From contig NW_002060943.1 in assembly GCF_000150275.1 (NCBI RefSeq), positions 12,781,694-12,845,693 on the forward strand: DNA of 64,000 bases, in the 5' to 3' direction. The stretch is from Trichoplax adhaerens. Taxonomy: Eukaryota > Animalia > Placozoa. The notes beneath the pieces are model-generated. The model was not told the DNA's origin. It ran no database searches and worked only from the letters and a program-made list of their open reading frames with translations. Below are positions 52,560 to 64,000 of the stretch, in pieces (the stretch's first letter is position 1; each line of letters starts with the position of its first letter). The translations under genes were made by a program, and so were the position numbers.

Positions 52560-55500
52560 ACTAATTTACTGACGATTTAACGTTGGGGATCGAATTCAAC
52601 AATTCTTCAAACACGTCAGGTATTACTCCTAACATCATCCAAGTGGCAGAGAACTAAACTGTAACGATACCCTTTCCCGAGAGCAAGCTACTAACATCCC
52701 AAACAACCAATATGGAGTTTCACGTATTCTGATTTTACGAATTTAACTTAACAGATTACTTGTTTTGGATCACTATAATCTAGAAACCAAGTCGGCATAT
52801 CATGTCGGTATAGAAATCATACAAGAGAAATGAATTGAGATGGAAAAGATACCATGGTTAGGAACTACAATAAAAAAATTGGTACCTTTCCCTCCCCACT
52901 CTTCCACTTTATGAAGGAGACAAAATTGATGTTGTAATCCTTGCTATAGCTTAGCGGCAAGATCATCTGATGACGAGGATGATTAGAGAGAACTTGAGAA
53001 ATAGATGAACAGTAATATCCGACTCCCTGTAGTTTTGATGAGTCCGGTAAAGCTAACGCTTTCAATCTCAACCCTATCGTCCTTCCTGTACGGATATGCT
53101 GTTGAGTAAAACTAATGGTTAATAATACCCTAATACCCAGAATAAAATCACAGGCCAAGAATTCTTGGCAAGTGATATATAAAATATCAAAAGAATGTAT
53201 GAGAGCACATAAATTATCTACGATATAAGTTTTAACCTTTACCTGTCATAAATAGGAGTCTTACATAGTAAATCAATTACGAAATTTCGACTGTGTAAAA
53301 ATAACTCCTACAATATTTAATACTTCTAAATTTCCCCCAATTTACGCTTACTTTGATGTATCACTGGATATAGAGGAGGTTGGCTAATGATGTTTCACCA
53401 ACATCATTCAAATGACATGCTAATAATCATTCTAAGTATTTTCCAATAAAATATTGAAATGCCCTCGCTATAGCTAGTAATGTACCACTTTACGATATAT
53501 AATATTACTTACTTATTTTTATTTAATAATTTGCACCGTGGAAATCCATACATCTAATCTACTTCAATAGTGGATGGATCATTCATTCATTCAGTATTGC
53601 CTTGGTCATCATTATAGCCGTCGATCTTAAGCAGATTTTAGCGCTTGTTGCCGCTATTCGTCTGAAATTAATAATTAGAAATAAAAACTTCTTCGCCCGC
53701 CTATTCTTTCTTCTCTCTACTCTGTCTCAGCTGCAACACTTTGTTGTTTAAACCTATTCTTACGCGATTTGCGATTCATTCACTGTCAATCATAAAATGC
53801 AAGTGCAGCTGTCTGTTAATTGCCAAATCATGTATCCTTGATACGTAAATTTTTACGTGTTGAATATATCGGACTTTTGTTGTTAGGCAAGTACGTGGGT
53901 CATAACTTTTAAAGCAGCAACATCGAGACAATAACGGAGTCTAGAATAGATCGTATGCAAGTTATAGCACTTATAGTAGGCAAATTTCCTTGATTTCACA
54001 GTCAATGTCATAAAATTGTTTGGAGTTACGTGAAAATTAATAGAAATAAACGCAATAAGCAGAATCCTGAATTGTCAAATTTCTTTAAATATCGACTAAT
54101 TTTAACAAATACAATTTTACGTTGGAAAAATATTACAATTTAATGATATGCAAATTTATTTGTCCTCATCTAAACAGTCGCCTAGAAATGGATCCATCAT
54201 CATGGCCACTATACAAATTAATCCAAGATCAGCGTCTATTATATCATAACAGGAAGAGTAAATTAAACTTTCAACAATAGATGATTGACAATTCCATAAA
54301 GGCTAGTATGTTGTATTACCTTCAACATCGATATCAATAGGGATAATTATGTCGATCCCAGAGTTTCAATGTTTTTTTGATTCCTTTGATTTACTTAGAG
54401 GGTATAGTTGCTGAAATTAAATATAGCTGACCGTAGCTAATTGAATTTTCTATTTAGACTTCTGCTTTGTTATTTTAAATAATTTATAACGGGTATTTTT
54501 GTTCAATGGGTCCGGCTGATCAGAAATTAATGTCACTATCATTTCTTAGTAATTGATACTGATGTCTTAGTGACGTATTGTACTCCAAAGTGTTAACAGG
54601 AAATAGATTACGCTAAAATACAATATCGATCATAATTATTCAAAAGTCCTAAATTCTAATTCAGTTATTGATAGATTACGGACGTTAAACAATTATCGGC
54701 CTATTAAAAGTGTACCTACATATTATGTACTTCATCTTAGAATCTGAATTTGGCGGTAGGGAACATTTGAATTTGTTAGCTATAAGTCATGAAACTAGAG
54801 GCACAATATTATATTAGCAAATTAATGTCATATTCTACCTAAATTCAAGTCTGTTCGATTTTAATTCATAACATTTCTAATGACACTATCGTTAAATGAA
54901 ATTATGAACATCGAAAGAAGCAAAAGTTCTCTTAAACAAAGATCTAACTTGTGACTTATTGCCTTTGGGATATCATGTAAAAGATCTCTTCTTATTTTTC
55001 CAAAGTCATATATCAGTCAAGTAGCTGTACATTATAATATATCGAAGCTGTTGATCAAATAAATATTACCATACTAACTCTAATTATATTCGAATATAAT
55101 GAAAGCTTCAAATTTGAAGCTCTGTAGGCATATATTAAATATTTAGCATGCATACCCGTAAGTGGATGACTTGTATTATTTCACGGCATAATAATAATGT
55201 CGTATTAATATTAGCCAGCTTGCTAACTAAAAAAAAATCATCTTAATCAATTATAAGCCAAATCATACCAATAGATACTAGCTAAATATTATATTAATGT
55301 GTTAGGCTTGTGTCTACTTTGACATGGATAAGCAATTTAAAGGACTATTTTAATATCTTCATAACGGAAGTAAGCTACATCCGATGACCACTACGCTTTT
55401 TAGTAAAACATTTTACTAACCGACATAATTTGTGATATTGAAAACATACGCAAATAATATCCTACATTCCAATTGCTAGCTTAATTGCTATTCAAAACCT

Positions 55501-56807
55501 TATCAGTAGACAGTATCAAGGCTATTTTAGGCTAGAATAGCTATGGCAATAAATATTTTAGGGCTTAGTATCTGAAAGTTAAAGTACTTAGCTTAGGAAG
55601 TGTAACACTGCAAGCAAATTACTTAAGTCTACGGTCTGCAAATTGCGATCTATTATGGAGCCTAAATCCTGGAATTGAGCTTTTATGCTTCAACGCTTCA
55701 GAAAAAAATATATTGGAAAACTTATTAACAAAGAAATAATTTCTTTCATAGTTATTAAACTTCTAGACTTTTTTGCCTATAGTCAAAGTAAACAAGCAAC
55801 AAAACTTAAAATCAGATTCAACGATGCTAATCTTCCATTCTAATGAATAAAATGTTCTCGAGAAGTTGATAGAATAATAAAATATAGACTGTAATAATGC
55901 ATTATTTAAAAAGTTAATGTGAGTGGCTACACTAGAATTTTACTATAATAACCAGCAAAATAGATTGATATTATTATTAAGTGCTAATAAATTCAAATCT
56001 CTGCCACAAAATTTAGATATTTACCTATATCATAATGTCTTAAAAATTAGTAATTCATAAACTTACCTCACTAAATTGTTTTAATAGGACACGCTAATGA
56101 TACTAAAGGTTAATCATGCGTAAATTAAAACGATGTTATTTCTCTTTAATTAATAGTTACCTACGCAAAGGATATATAAACCAAAACTCTTAGTAATGAT
56201 TAAGTTTGCATTTTGCTACTAATTCGATAGTATTTTTTCTTGTGTTATCGCATGAATTAGCTGACCAAACGAACTAGCTAACCTTGGATAAACTGAAAAT
56301 TTATAAAACATATGCATATAATCAATTCAGTAGTATAGCCAGCTTACTTGGCCAAATAACTTCTTTTCAATTTTTTCTTAATTTCTTGTCCCGTAGCATT
56401 CAATTTCAAGTACAATTTTTACTCAGTTGCCGACATAACATATTCGCCTTACTGCAAGCGGGAAAAGCCAGAATAGAATACAGGTAGGTGATAAGTGATT
56501 AACACTAAATTGTTTGATTATGCTAATACGATTAATTTTCAAAATATGTTTATACAATATATTTTTGCTTAATAAATTAAATAGAAATTTGTAGTGCAAA
56601 TGGATGTTTGGCAATAATATCGATCATTTACAGCCAGAATAAAATATAAAACTTACCTAAATGATATCTTCCTGATTTTGAGCGAGATCAGACAGTACAG
56701 AATGACAGTTGAAATTTTTCACCTTTATTACCAACACTGATAATAGCATAACTTCGTAGCACTGACTGAATGAAAAACACTACGAGCAGTATTAAAGCTA
56801 TTTTCAT
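52560..56807 (-). pseudogene. Probable decayed multi-exon gene for a secreted protein (family unknown)
   Basis: Exon-like 56807-56657: MKIALILLVVFFIQSVLRSYA signal peptide, in-frame TGA, strong G|GTAAGT donor. Further exon-like blocks with acceptors or donors at ~56450-56349, ~54410-54150, ~53662-53535, ~53098-52885 and ~52779-52570 all contain stops or frameshifts. Confidence 0.4.
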
Positions 56808-57792
56808 GATATTACAGAAATAAGTAGAGAAGAGATTGAGAATTTTTCTTTATTACAGTCCTTTTCATAATCCATAGTCACATAAAATGAAATTAAAACA
56901 GGGACAAATACGACGATAAAATATACAACATCTGTAATTGTACCATCGTTGATAAGTTACATTTGCCTGTTAAATGTCTTACCGCGGATCAATACATTCA
57001 TATCGCTAAGTGCTCGTAAAGTTGTCGCACTGTTTAAACTATAACTGAACCAAATGAATAAGGCCAAAGATAAACTGCGAAAGAGTTATCCATTTCATGA
57101 TACACTGTTGCTTATTGCGAAATTATCAGATCAAGTAGATTTTAGTAAGTAAGCCATGTCATGAGTGAAATTTGGAGATGACGACTTACTGTACATGTAC
57201 ATTGCTCATCACATTCGCAATAAGAAAGAAATATAAAATTTCAAATTTGGAAGATTAGGAGATTGAATAAACATATTTGCGAGGTCTGCAATGTATTTAC
57301 AGGTCTTACATTAATTTAATACCCAAAAATACACGACTTTTAAAGTAGCATCATAAATAGAATAAGATAAAAATAACTTGGGCAGATTTTTTGCAAGTAT
57401 TTTATACACCATTGAACTACGGCTGAAACGTTATCACGACATTTTGATAATGACATATTTTATTTATCGTACCTTAACTATTAAGACTAACTTAAATAGG
57501 TGCTTATGCCATCAAGTATTTTTTTGCTGTTATGATTTTATTTTAGTAAATTTTACCGTAAAATTGCCGTATTTTTTCTCTTTATCGTTGGCATAATTGA
57601 TATAAAGATTTCTTGACCTACATATGGATTGGAAGGTGGCGTTTCAAATTTGAAGATGGATAGTATTACTTTTGCATAACTGTTGAGCACTGTATCCAGT
57701 ATTTTGGCGTTACAATAAATTTCAATTTCTGTAGAAGTTCGAACATCACTGGTATTTTATCTTCACTTCGTTTTTCTTTCGGTATCTATTTG

Positions 57793-58287
57793 CTACTCTT
57801 TGATTTTAATACAACTACTGGTATTTAATGAGCTTTGATTTATATGTAGACTTTCATTAGGCGGATCATCTGTAGTTTCCTCTTCTGTCACCTCTTCGAT
57901 TCGCTGTAAAGGATAAGAAGGTACCACAGGAAGCCAAGTCGATAAGGGTTTATAAAGTCTTGTGATCGTCACAGCTTGGTAGTCATCCTTTCTACCGCTA
58001 TCACTGTAGCATTTATCCTCCGGATGACATGTCGAATCAATATCTTCGCTTTCAAGTTGATTTTGACCTTGAAGCAATAAATCGCTTTCTTGATGAGAAT
58101 CTGCAGGCGTTGTTTGATGCTGATATTTGGATTTACAAATTTTTTGCCGATTTTTTTTCATCGTGCATTTTCTGGAATAAAATTGCATGGATTCTTCAAA
58201 GTCATTGGTTATTTTATTTAAGAACCACCCATCGGAAGCTATCACAGGATTGATGACTGTTTTTCTATAATACCTAAAAAATTGCAT
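57793..58287 (-). pseudogene. Truncated MLF/HAX1-like paralog, copy 2 (164 aa; lacks the C-terminal domain)
   Basis: TRLYKPLSTWLPVVPSYPLQRIEEVTEE aligns with copy 1 ARCKPFSPWFGSMPAWPLRFVEEALDE and copy 3 SRFYRPVPGYLHFFGQNPLEELEAAMDD. No TRSIGD domain found after the stop in the frames read. Confidence 0.55.
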
Positions 58288-59062
58288 TACGTGAATCAGT
58301 CAAGTTGTAGACGCGTACAAGAAAAAGGAGACCTTAATGCAACAATCATCGCTTTCGAGAGAATCTATATCTAAATCGATATTGATATCACGGATTAAGG
58401 TACACTATCGTATGCAAGTCGATTTTACAAAAGTTAAATACATCATAATTTCAAGTAAGATTACACTTTACTGTATTCATATCACCTTGGCATTAACATA
58501 TCAAAATAAGTCATTTATTTACTTTATTTCTATCCTGTTCCACTATCCAAGAAATGATCAAACTAGATGCATTTCGTATCGATGCTATGCATGATATGTG
58601 CTACTTATTGGTCAATTAAACAAACTATAGCATAAGTAAATTAAAACACAGCAGTCAATACTGTATTTGAACGTACCACCAAGGCAAATTCTTGCAAGTT
58701 GTCCACCTTTCCAAGATAACTTCACGCGGACAAAAAATGGTAAAAGCCATGCTGTATTTGATTTAATCTATTGCTGGAGATGCACCAGTACCTATCGACA
58801 GTAGCATAATTAATTACAATCTACGTGACTCTAAAATCCACTTCAACGATCAGCTACTACGATCAATAAGAATGCACTATCCAATTACTTTCCAATCAAT
58901 CGGATGATTGCTTTCACTTCTCACTGGTCTCCTGCTCAAGATCAATCCCTAAACAACCGATTCAATTCGACGCTAGTTCTCAATTTTTAAAGCTATCTCC
59001 ATTCGCTCCTTCTACTGGTTAGCGTATCCAAACAATAGCACCACTAGAATATGTTCAAGATT

Positions 59063-59080
59063 TATATATATATATATATA
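59063..59080. repeat. (TA)n microsatellite
   Basis: TATATATATATATATATA run. Confidence 0.8.
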
Positions 59081-60595
59081 CCGTGAGCAAGGTTTGTTTA
59101 TCTAAACTATTCTATTCTTCCTTTCTGGTCTATTCCAGAATCTCAGTCAGACGCTATAGGACGCCTAGTAGTGAATAGGTTTGTATACTCTTGTTGACTA
59201 CGTTAGAATAGTTTAAAAATTTTATTGTATTGGCCTTATTTCCTGCAATTGTCTTTCCTTCAAGTATAATTAGACCAATATACAAGACGTGCTGTTATGC
59301 ACGTTTAGCAGGCGGGTAATGAGGTAGCAAGAGTGCCCAATCCATCCTATTTATTTACTTATCGAGTATAGAAATCGATTTTTCTCGATGCAAGTATAGG
59401 CGATGTGCTTTGCTAATATTAGACAAGCCATTTCAATATCGTGGCTGCAGGATGACCTTGGTGACGTCAGATTGGGTGAAACCACTATGTACCGTATAGA
59501 GTGGTTTTGCCATTAGAAATTGAAAATTTTGAGCACTAAGTTTAGCTTGGTATTTTTTACTATATCAGTAGACTACAGCAACATGATTCATTCCTACTTA
59601 GATTCAACTGTGGCATGATAATGTGCTTGCAATGATAGTTAATCTCTGCTTGAGCTAGCAGTATACTGTATCCATGTCAATAATTTCTAGTCGTTTAGAT
59701 AACATTAGAATTGGATAGATAATAACTCTTATCAATTCATTTGAAGTTATAGTATCTTGTAGAAGGATGTTTATTCAGAAAGCAAAAGCCAGCCTGCAAT
59801 TAATTCGATGTTTAGTTACTACATACCCAAAATAATGTAGTAATAAATCGATATTGTATACGTCTTAATACAGAGAAATTGAATGGTGCTATTCAAGGTC
59901 AACTGAACAGTATCCTTAAATAAACCGGTGACATTTTTGCCAAATACATTTAGCAACAATAGCACGATGACGACTAATCTAAGGAATTAAACAATAGTAA
60001 AGTCTATATAATCGTAAGGTAGGTTTCCACGAGACAATGTATTTATGAAAAACACAACGATTATAATTATCCCCCAGTCACGTAGAACTGATCATTTTCA
60101 TGATAAATATAGTATTTTAAGGTATCTTTAGAACGTCAAAAATTGGCTTTACAATTGTGAAAAATGTGTGCATTGAAGAAATTAAATTTAGACATAGTAC
60201 TGGTACTCATCGAAATTTGTTGCCCTTTACTGAAATAACACTATCAAAGTACAGTGAGCAAGAAAGAGATCACCGCATGGTTAGTATTACCGTTCAAGTC
60301 AAATTCTTATTTATTGAGTAATTAATTGCTTAAGTAGAAATAGCTGTTCTTGTTGTACATAGGTACGGTGCGGGAATGCACCGAAGCAAGGCACTCTACT
60401 GTAAATCACCAATTCATCATTATATTTATAGAGTAATGAAAGCTTCTACGCGATAGTAGATAGATATTTATGTGTGTAGTGTTGCAGTTCCTTCAATAAA
60501 TTTATCATTTTCATGAGTAGTAAGTAACCTTACTGCCACAGTGAACTGCTAGTTCTTCATTAACAGTCCAATTCACTTTACGAAGTATTGAAAAT

Positions 60596-60680
60596 CAAAA
60601 TTTCATTTAGTTTCAGAATAGAATGCTTTTAATATTAATTAGTATTAAAGCATTCTATTCTGAAACTAAATGAAATTTTG
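60596..60680. repeat. 85-bp near-perfect palindrome
   Basis: 34-bp perfect arms CAAAATTTCATTTAGTTTCAGAATAGAATGCTTT (60596-60629) and AAAGCATTCTATTCTGAAACTAAATGAAATTTTG (60647-60680). Confidence 0.95.
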
Positions 60681-61589
60681 GATCTAAGTAACAGTTATAT
60701 TATATATCACACGTTGAATAATGGTTATCAACGGGCTGGGAAATAGCCAATCACAATCTTTAGTCTCATTGGAAACGCTATATTTATTCCTGCTGATAAT
60801 TTCAAAGAGAGTTGGAAACATCTTCGTGCTATCGATACTCACAGCAGTCCCGGTACTTAGCATTGGATCCTTGATTTTCAATACTTCGTAAAGACCAGTA
60901 GAAAATTTATCCTATCTAACCATCTTTTATTTACTACTAGATATTAAAATATTTTATTGTTGCAAATTTAAATTTTACTCCGTGAACCTTAGAACGAAAA
61001 ACATAATAAAACTCGTAGATTAGCTGCTATCGGAATATCTTCGTATCGAAACCACTTCAGAGATCTATTTATGAAGAACACATTAACAAGTCAAATGCTT
61101 AAGTTACAGCAACTATAAATAACGTTTGTAATCGTACGATAGTCTAAATTAAAGGAATTCAATCCTTACTTTCCAGCACAAATTGCAAGCTATAATTACG
61201 GCGAATTAATAATTAACATTTTACATTTTACACCGATAGCCTTTTACAGAACAGTAAATCAATTACTGGAAATAATATTCCAATAATTTACGCCGTACAA
61301 TAGAAGCGTGAAGTAAAAACAAAGCTGAATACAATAAGTAGAATAATACAAATTAATTAAACTAGTGAACTGTTAATTAATTAAAGGAGGTTGCTGATAA
61401 TAGAAACTTCTAATGCATGAACTTACGCAGAAATTACTAGAGCAAGGCAACAGTTTATAGATTTTACTAAGTAATTGGCTTTGGTTGCTCCTGTTTTTCA
61501 GCTGCATCCAATGAGCGACCTGTCGGATTTTTAAATAAGTCATGCCACTGATCCGGTTTGTTAAAAACTTTCAAATTTTCGTGAAAATC

Positions 61590-63064
61590 TTAAATGTTAT
61601 CCGTATCGACATTAACATAGTTCTCCAATTGGTGCTCATTACCATCGGCATCCATAATGGATGTAACAATATGTTTTTGATCACCGATACTACGAGTAAT
61701 AGTCACCTTGTGTTCACCATCCTCAGAAATGATCGTTGATTTATTGTAGCTATAACTTTTTCCTCCATTCACTCTAGTTTGTGAAGTAGATTGATAGCTC
61801 GAGGATTTCTGATGGTGTTGATGTGGTATAGTTCCATGCTCGCTCAGGTAGGGATTTTGAGAGTCGTGCATAGCGTCGACTGTCAGATCGTCCATTGCTG
61901 CTTCTAATTCTTCTAGCGGATTTTGTCCGAAAAAGTGCAAATATCCTGGTACTGGACGGTAGAATCGTGATTGGCTGCGACGTTCTTCATGTCCAGGTCT
62001 GACGGCATGGTGTCCATGTAATGCCTGGTTTGCATGTCCATCTTGCTCTTTGCTTTCTTTTTGATCATTATTTACTTGATTACTAGCATTTTTATCCGTA
62101 GTAGCAGACCCAGGAGCATTCTTGTTACGGTGTTCATGCCTGCATCTTTCGCTAGGTAGCATTGGCCGAAAAACAAAGCAATCGCCAAATGCGTCCATTT
62201 CAACTTCTGGCATGTCATGGTATGGCCAGTAAGAAGGATATAAACTTCTTCTGTATGGCCTAGAATCAGCACATAATTTAAATATTTTACTTCTTGTAAA
62301 ATAGACCAAATAAAAGTTATCCAAGATATGGAGATATAACCGATAAAGAAAATAAGAGTATAAATTCTCTTCAATTGATAACGTGCAGAGTGGTCAATAC
62401 TACGTTTAAAATTAGATATAGTTTTACTTATTGTTTGATCAATAAAAAATTTTAAAATTTATAGCAGCATCTTTTCTAGAAATTTTAAATCTGCGCAGTA
62501 TACTGTACTAATTATAATCGCAATTTTCAATATTTATTCGACAATTTCTTAAGGAATACAAGTAGTACAGTAGGTAGATGCACATCCATACTCATACAGT
62601 ACAGCCAATATCCAGTAAATGGGTCTATTAAGTTACAGTAAGTAATCATAAGTAGTAACAAAACACTTACTAGTCGTAGGCTACACCATTCTGCATTTAA
62701 AATGTAGAATTAAATCATTGAACGCCTATATCAAATTGCTCAATCTTAAGTTACCATTTCCATCGTTTCTCAATAATATTCTACTTACCACCTAGGTGGC
62801 TGGTCGAAGAAATTTCTCCTACCGGATCGTAGTCCTTTAGGATACCAGGGTGAAAATGACATTCTGTTGATGGAATTGAGCAATTTCAGTCTCTAATAGT
62901 ATCGATGAGTGCTGACTATTTATGTACCCAAAGCGTAGAAACAAATCTGGAAACTGATTTATCAACAAGCTAAAGGCAAACGGTGCAATTGGAAGAAACT
63001 GATCTATGCCATCGACAGCATCATCAAGTTCCCAGGCCGGCCACTTATATATCTTTGCCACCAT
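61590..63064 (-). CDS. MLF/HAX1-like protein, copy 3 (~293 aa, premature stop inside the conserved domain)
   Basis: Proposed exons 63064-62928, 62863-62789 and 62259-61590 (GT-AG, phase 2/2): MVAKIYKWPAWELDD...FLRFG|MSFSPWYPKGLRSGRRNFFDQPPRW|PYRRSLYPSYW... The C-terminal YNKSTIISEDGEHKVTITRSIGDQKHIVTSIMDADGNEHQLENYVNV matches copy 1. The ORF-track start at 62324 is a TTG inside an intron. Confidence 0.6.
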
Positions 63065-64000
63065 GAATTTCTAGTTCATTCTAGTTCTCCTTGGTCTCGT
63101 AGACTATCCTATTGTTGCACTTACCTCTGTTGTGTATATCCATTAGCTTCGCTATTATTCAATGGATTTATTTACAATTTTTGACTAGGAATAATATTCT
63201 AAATCTTTTCTTCATGATGATAATCAATGGTCCGATATTGTAAATAGTGTATAACTACTGTACACAGTGTAACAACGTTATCCAAGGTTTAAGAGTTGAT
63301 TTATGCTGTGATCATTGATCTGGTGCACTAGTTACTGAAAGTTTGCTTGTATATTAAGCGCCTTAATTAATAATGAGATCGACTTGAGTTGTAAACAAAT
63401 AGTAAATGAATTAAAGATGACAACTTTTAGATTCTAAATATCGACATTATGCACTACACTTAACCTACAGCTATTTTACTGGCTGACTATGAAAGAAGCA
63501 TTGAGAAACTACTGCTTCTGTTATCAAGCGGCCAGCAGAGTACTAAGAAATTACAGCATTACTTAATCAAGTGTTTCTTTGCTGAAGTCTATTGATGTTT
63601 TTTTGCCTTTTCCAGAACTTGATCCTAGCCGCTAGAATGGATGGCTTTACTGTAAAAATGCATCCGAAAAGGATTGCCTCAACTATAAATCAAGGCGCCG
63701 AGTAGTAAGGAACTGTTTATTCGTTTTGGTATGGATGCACTAACGTCCAGTAAACAGAAGGTTCTACGAATTGTTAACAACTCCAATCAACTTCTAGCAG
63801 TTCAATACTGACTGGCTTTCAAAACGCTACTTGAAAAGCTTTTAAAGTCCTGTAAAGCAATGTGTTAAGTAATAACAGACTGTTTATTAGTTGACTTAGT
63901 TATTTACCAACACCTACGGGAAGTACCTTATTATGCACCATTCTGGAAGTTTCGGGTAGTTCTAAATAACTTTGCTAATGTTAATTTCTTCTCAACTGTC

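Overview
AT-rich eukaryotic genomic DNA with short GT-AG introns, most consistent with an early-branching animal such as the placozoan Trichoplax (inference from composition and gene content, not verified). Manual splicing of the ORF track gives four main elements. (1) A 13-exon, ~4658-aa transmembrane mucin (signal peptide, giant Ser/Thr repeat ectodomain on one 12.7-kb exon, EGF-SEA-EGF-EGF-EGF, TM, tail) at 5606-21598. (2) Three tandem two-exon type-B carboxylesterases on the minus strand (23338-38184). (3) A head-to-head ~512-aa paralog of the mucin at 41803-46350. (4) Three MLF/HAX1-like paralogs on the minus strand (48832-63064) in different states of decay. The window also holds a probable decayed secreted-protein gene, several tandem repeats and palindromes. 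The most notable system is the mucin-esterase-mucin cassette. The two mucins look like a cleavable giant versus a non-cleavable Tyr-signalling dwarf, and they share a cytoplasmic motif I do not recognise. All three esterases carry candidate ER-retrieval signals, by two different mechanisms (KQEL versus TM plus KxKxx). No rRNA, tRNA or CRISPR array was seen.
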